Assembly (NCBI GenBank): GCA_018985225.1
Contig: JADGIF010000071.1
Coordinates: forward strand, 1-23,464
Reading direction: 5' to 3'
DNA length: 23,464 bases
Origin: Amoeboradix gromovi X-113
Taxonomy: Eukaryota; Fungi; Sanchytriomycota
How positions within the stretch are numbered: position 1 is the first letter of the stretch; each line of letters starts with the position of its first letter. The position numbers and the translations under genes were made by a program. The notes below the pieces were generated by a model that had not been told where the DNA came from, made no database searches, and saw only the letters and a program-made list of their open reading frames with translations. Positions 22,101-23,464 of the stretch are shown here, piece after piece.

Positions 22101-23064
22101 AGTTTTTATAAATTTCTAAAATCCTCGGAAGATCTTGGCAATATACCTTGCTATCTTTGAAGTAATTGAATTGTAATTTCTTTGTTAAAATTTTTTTGAT
22201 TGAAACTAAGACTTCGTTGGTTACTTTAATTAGAAGGCTAGTAATACGATCTGGAGTGCAAAAATATTTGCTCGATATGTAAATGACATGAATTATGTTC
22301 ATAATAACTGGAATTGCCTGATTTAAAGATTCATAACTCAACTGGCCCAGTAACTGAGAATGTTTGTCAAGAGGTGCCAAAAAAACCACATTGTCTTTAG
22401 CTTCTGCAAAATTAAATTTCATTTTAGCCTCGATTTCAACTAAGTGTTCATAAACAGGGCTTACTTCATCATAAAGATGCTGTTTGATTTCAATGTAACC
22501 AGGGTTACACAACTGTAGTTTAATTGCTTGAAATCTGTGTTCGCGGTGCTGCCAATATATTAACTCGGCGCGAGGACCACTTATCTCTTCATCTTGTCGC
22601 TGTAATTGATCACTTTCAAGCATTATTAACTCCAATTCATGACACCATCCCTCCACTTTGCGCTCCAGCTCTTTTAAGGGTAAACTAATCACATCGGTGG
22701 TTTCCAAATTAAACTCGGACCTTTCTATCATGTTTTCTAAATACTTTCCACTCTTTTCTAATTGCAACTTTACCTGTTCGTTACCAACCAATTGACCATA
22801 GAGTTTGTAGATGGCCAAAGCAGCTTCAAATTGATTTCCATGTAGAACCCCCACTGTCAATTCACTATCTTTGATGACATAGATGTTTGTTTGATTTGCC
22901 ACAAACTGTTTGCTTACCACTAGTTCATTATTTATGAAAGTTATAAAGCACAATTTCTCAACTCCATCAAAGAATTGCAATATCTTTTGGGGTAAATCAG
23001 TCTTAACAGATTGCCCATGTACTAACAAGATTCTATTTGAAATTAATTGCCAACGCGAATCCAT
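10126..23064 (-). CDS. Axonemal dynein heavy chain, outer-arm gamma type (DNAH5/DNAH8, Chlamydomonas ODA2-like), 4312 aa, single exon
   Basis: P-loops GPAGTGKT (AAA1), GPTGSGKS (AAA2), GEPGSAKT (AAA3), GVGGSGKQS (AAA4). [28 protein letters not shown] and [23 protein letters not shown].WGDQ are characteristic of the DNAH5/8 clade. Stalk MTBD region [16 protein letters not shown] is present. Confidence 0.95.
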   Translation of the reverse strand: [4312 protein letters not shown]

Positions 23065-23387
23065 ATTTTTGCTTGACCTACGGAGTTAAAACGAAATCGA
23101 AACATTTTATATCTAAATCAGTGGTAAAAAGCTGAATCCAATTCATTATCATCTATGTGGTGCAAAGCTATACCAGAACACCAGGATCTTCATTAACCTC
23201 TGCAAATTCAACGCATTTGGGTCTGATTGATTACATCAGTTTTTAAGAAAGACTTCGACTACGACTATGAAATAAGATGATAGAGAAAAGAATAGTTGAC
23301 GAAGAAATTTACTACAGGTAGTGTGAGTTTTAAGCATTACAGAAAGGGTCATTACAGTGTACGAATAAGTAACTGTTGCATTCGACT

Positions 23388-23464
23388 GGGACACCAAATA
23401 TAAAAACTAGACTAACTCGTTTTTATAGGAGGTGCTCCATACGGAGGATATGCTGTCATTAATA
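23388..23464 (-). mobile_element. Partial copy (C) of the TIR element, cut by the window edge; 3' end relative to the internal ORF
   Basis: GGGACACCAAATATAAAAACTAGACTAACTCG... aligns to 5042-5115 with 5 substitutions and one 3-nt indel. Confidence 0.93.

Noticed and set aside
141-23387. Whole window as cargo of a composite transposon bounded by copies A and C
   Set aside because: Only the inner ends are visible, the outer TSDs cannot be tested, and the enclosed genes are ordinary host genes.

Overview
AT-rich, gene-dense eukaryotic DNA with no introns needed in any of the long ORFs. It probably comes from a flagellated (zoosporic) fungus or close relative; this is inferred from fungal-type OYE, ELP3 and PHO80/PCL cyclin genes alongside an axonemal dynein. 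Host genes: an Old Yellow Enzyme, a small Ser-rich protein with a hydrophobic tail, ELP3, a protein with an internal F-box-like motif, a minimal PHO80/PCL-type cyclin, a secreted or GPI-type Glu-Pro repeat protein, and a 4312-aa DNAH5/8 (outer-arm gamma)-type dynein heavy chain. The main finding is a 514-bp non-autonomous TIR element present three times in the same orientation: complete at 5042-5555, partial at 1-140 and 23388-23464. It has ~30-bp GGG...CCC TIRs and a 6-bp TSD. It carries what looks like the C-terminal end of a TnpB/Fanzor RNA-guided nuclease (CxxC followed by RDVxxxxxILKRG) that reads into the TIR and ends in a hairpin. This fits a candidate Fanzor 'ghost' or guide-RNA cassette, and its 3' ends point into the ELP3 and dynein promoters. 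The Fanzor call is motif-based inference and needs a profile search.
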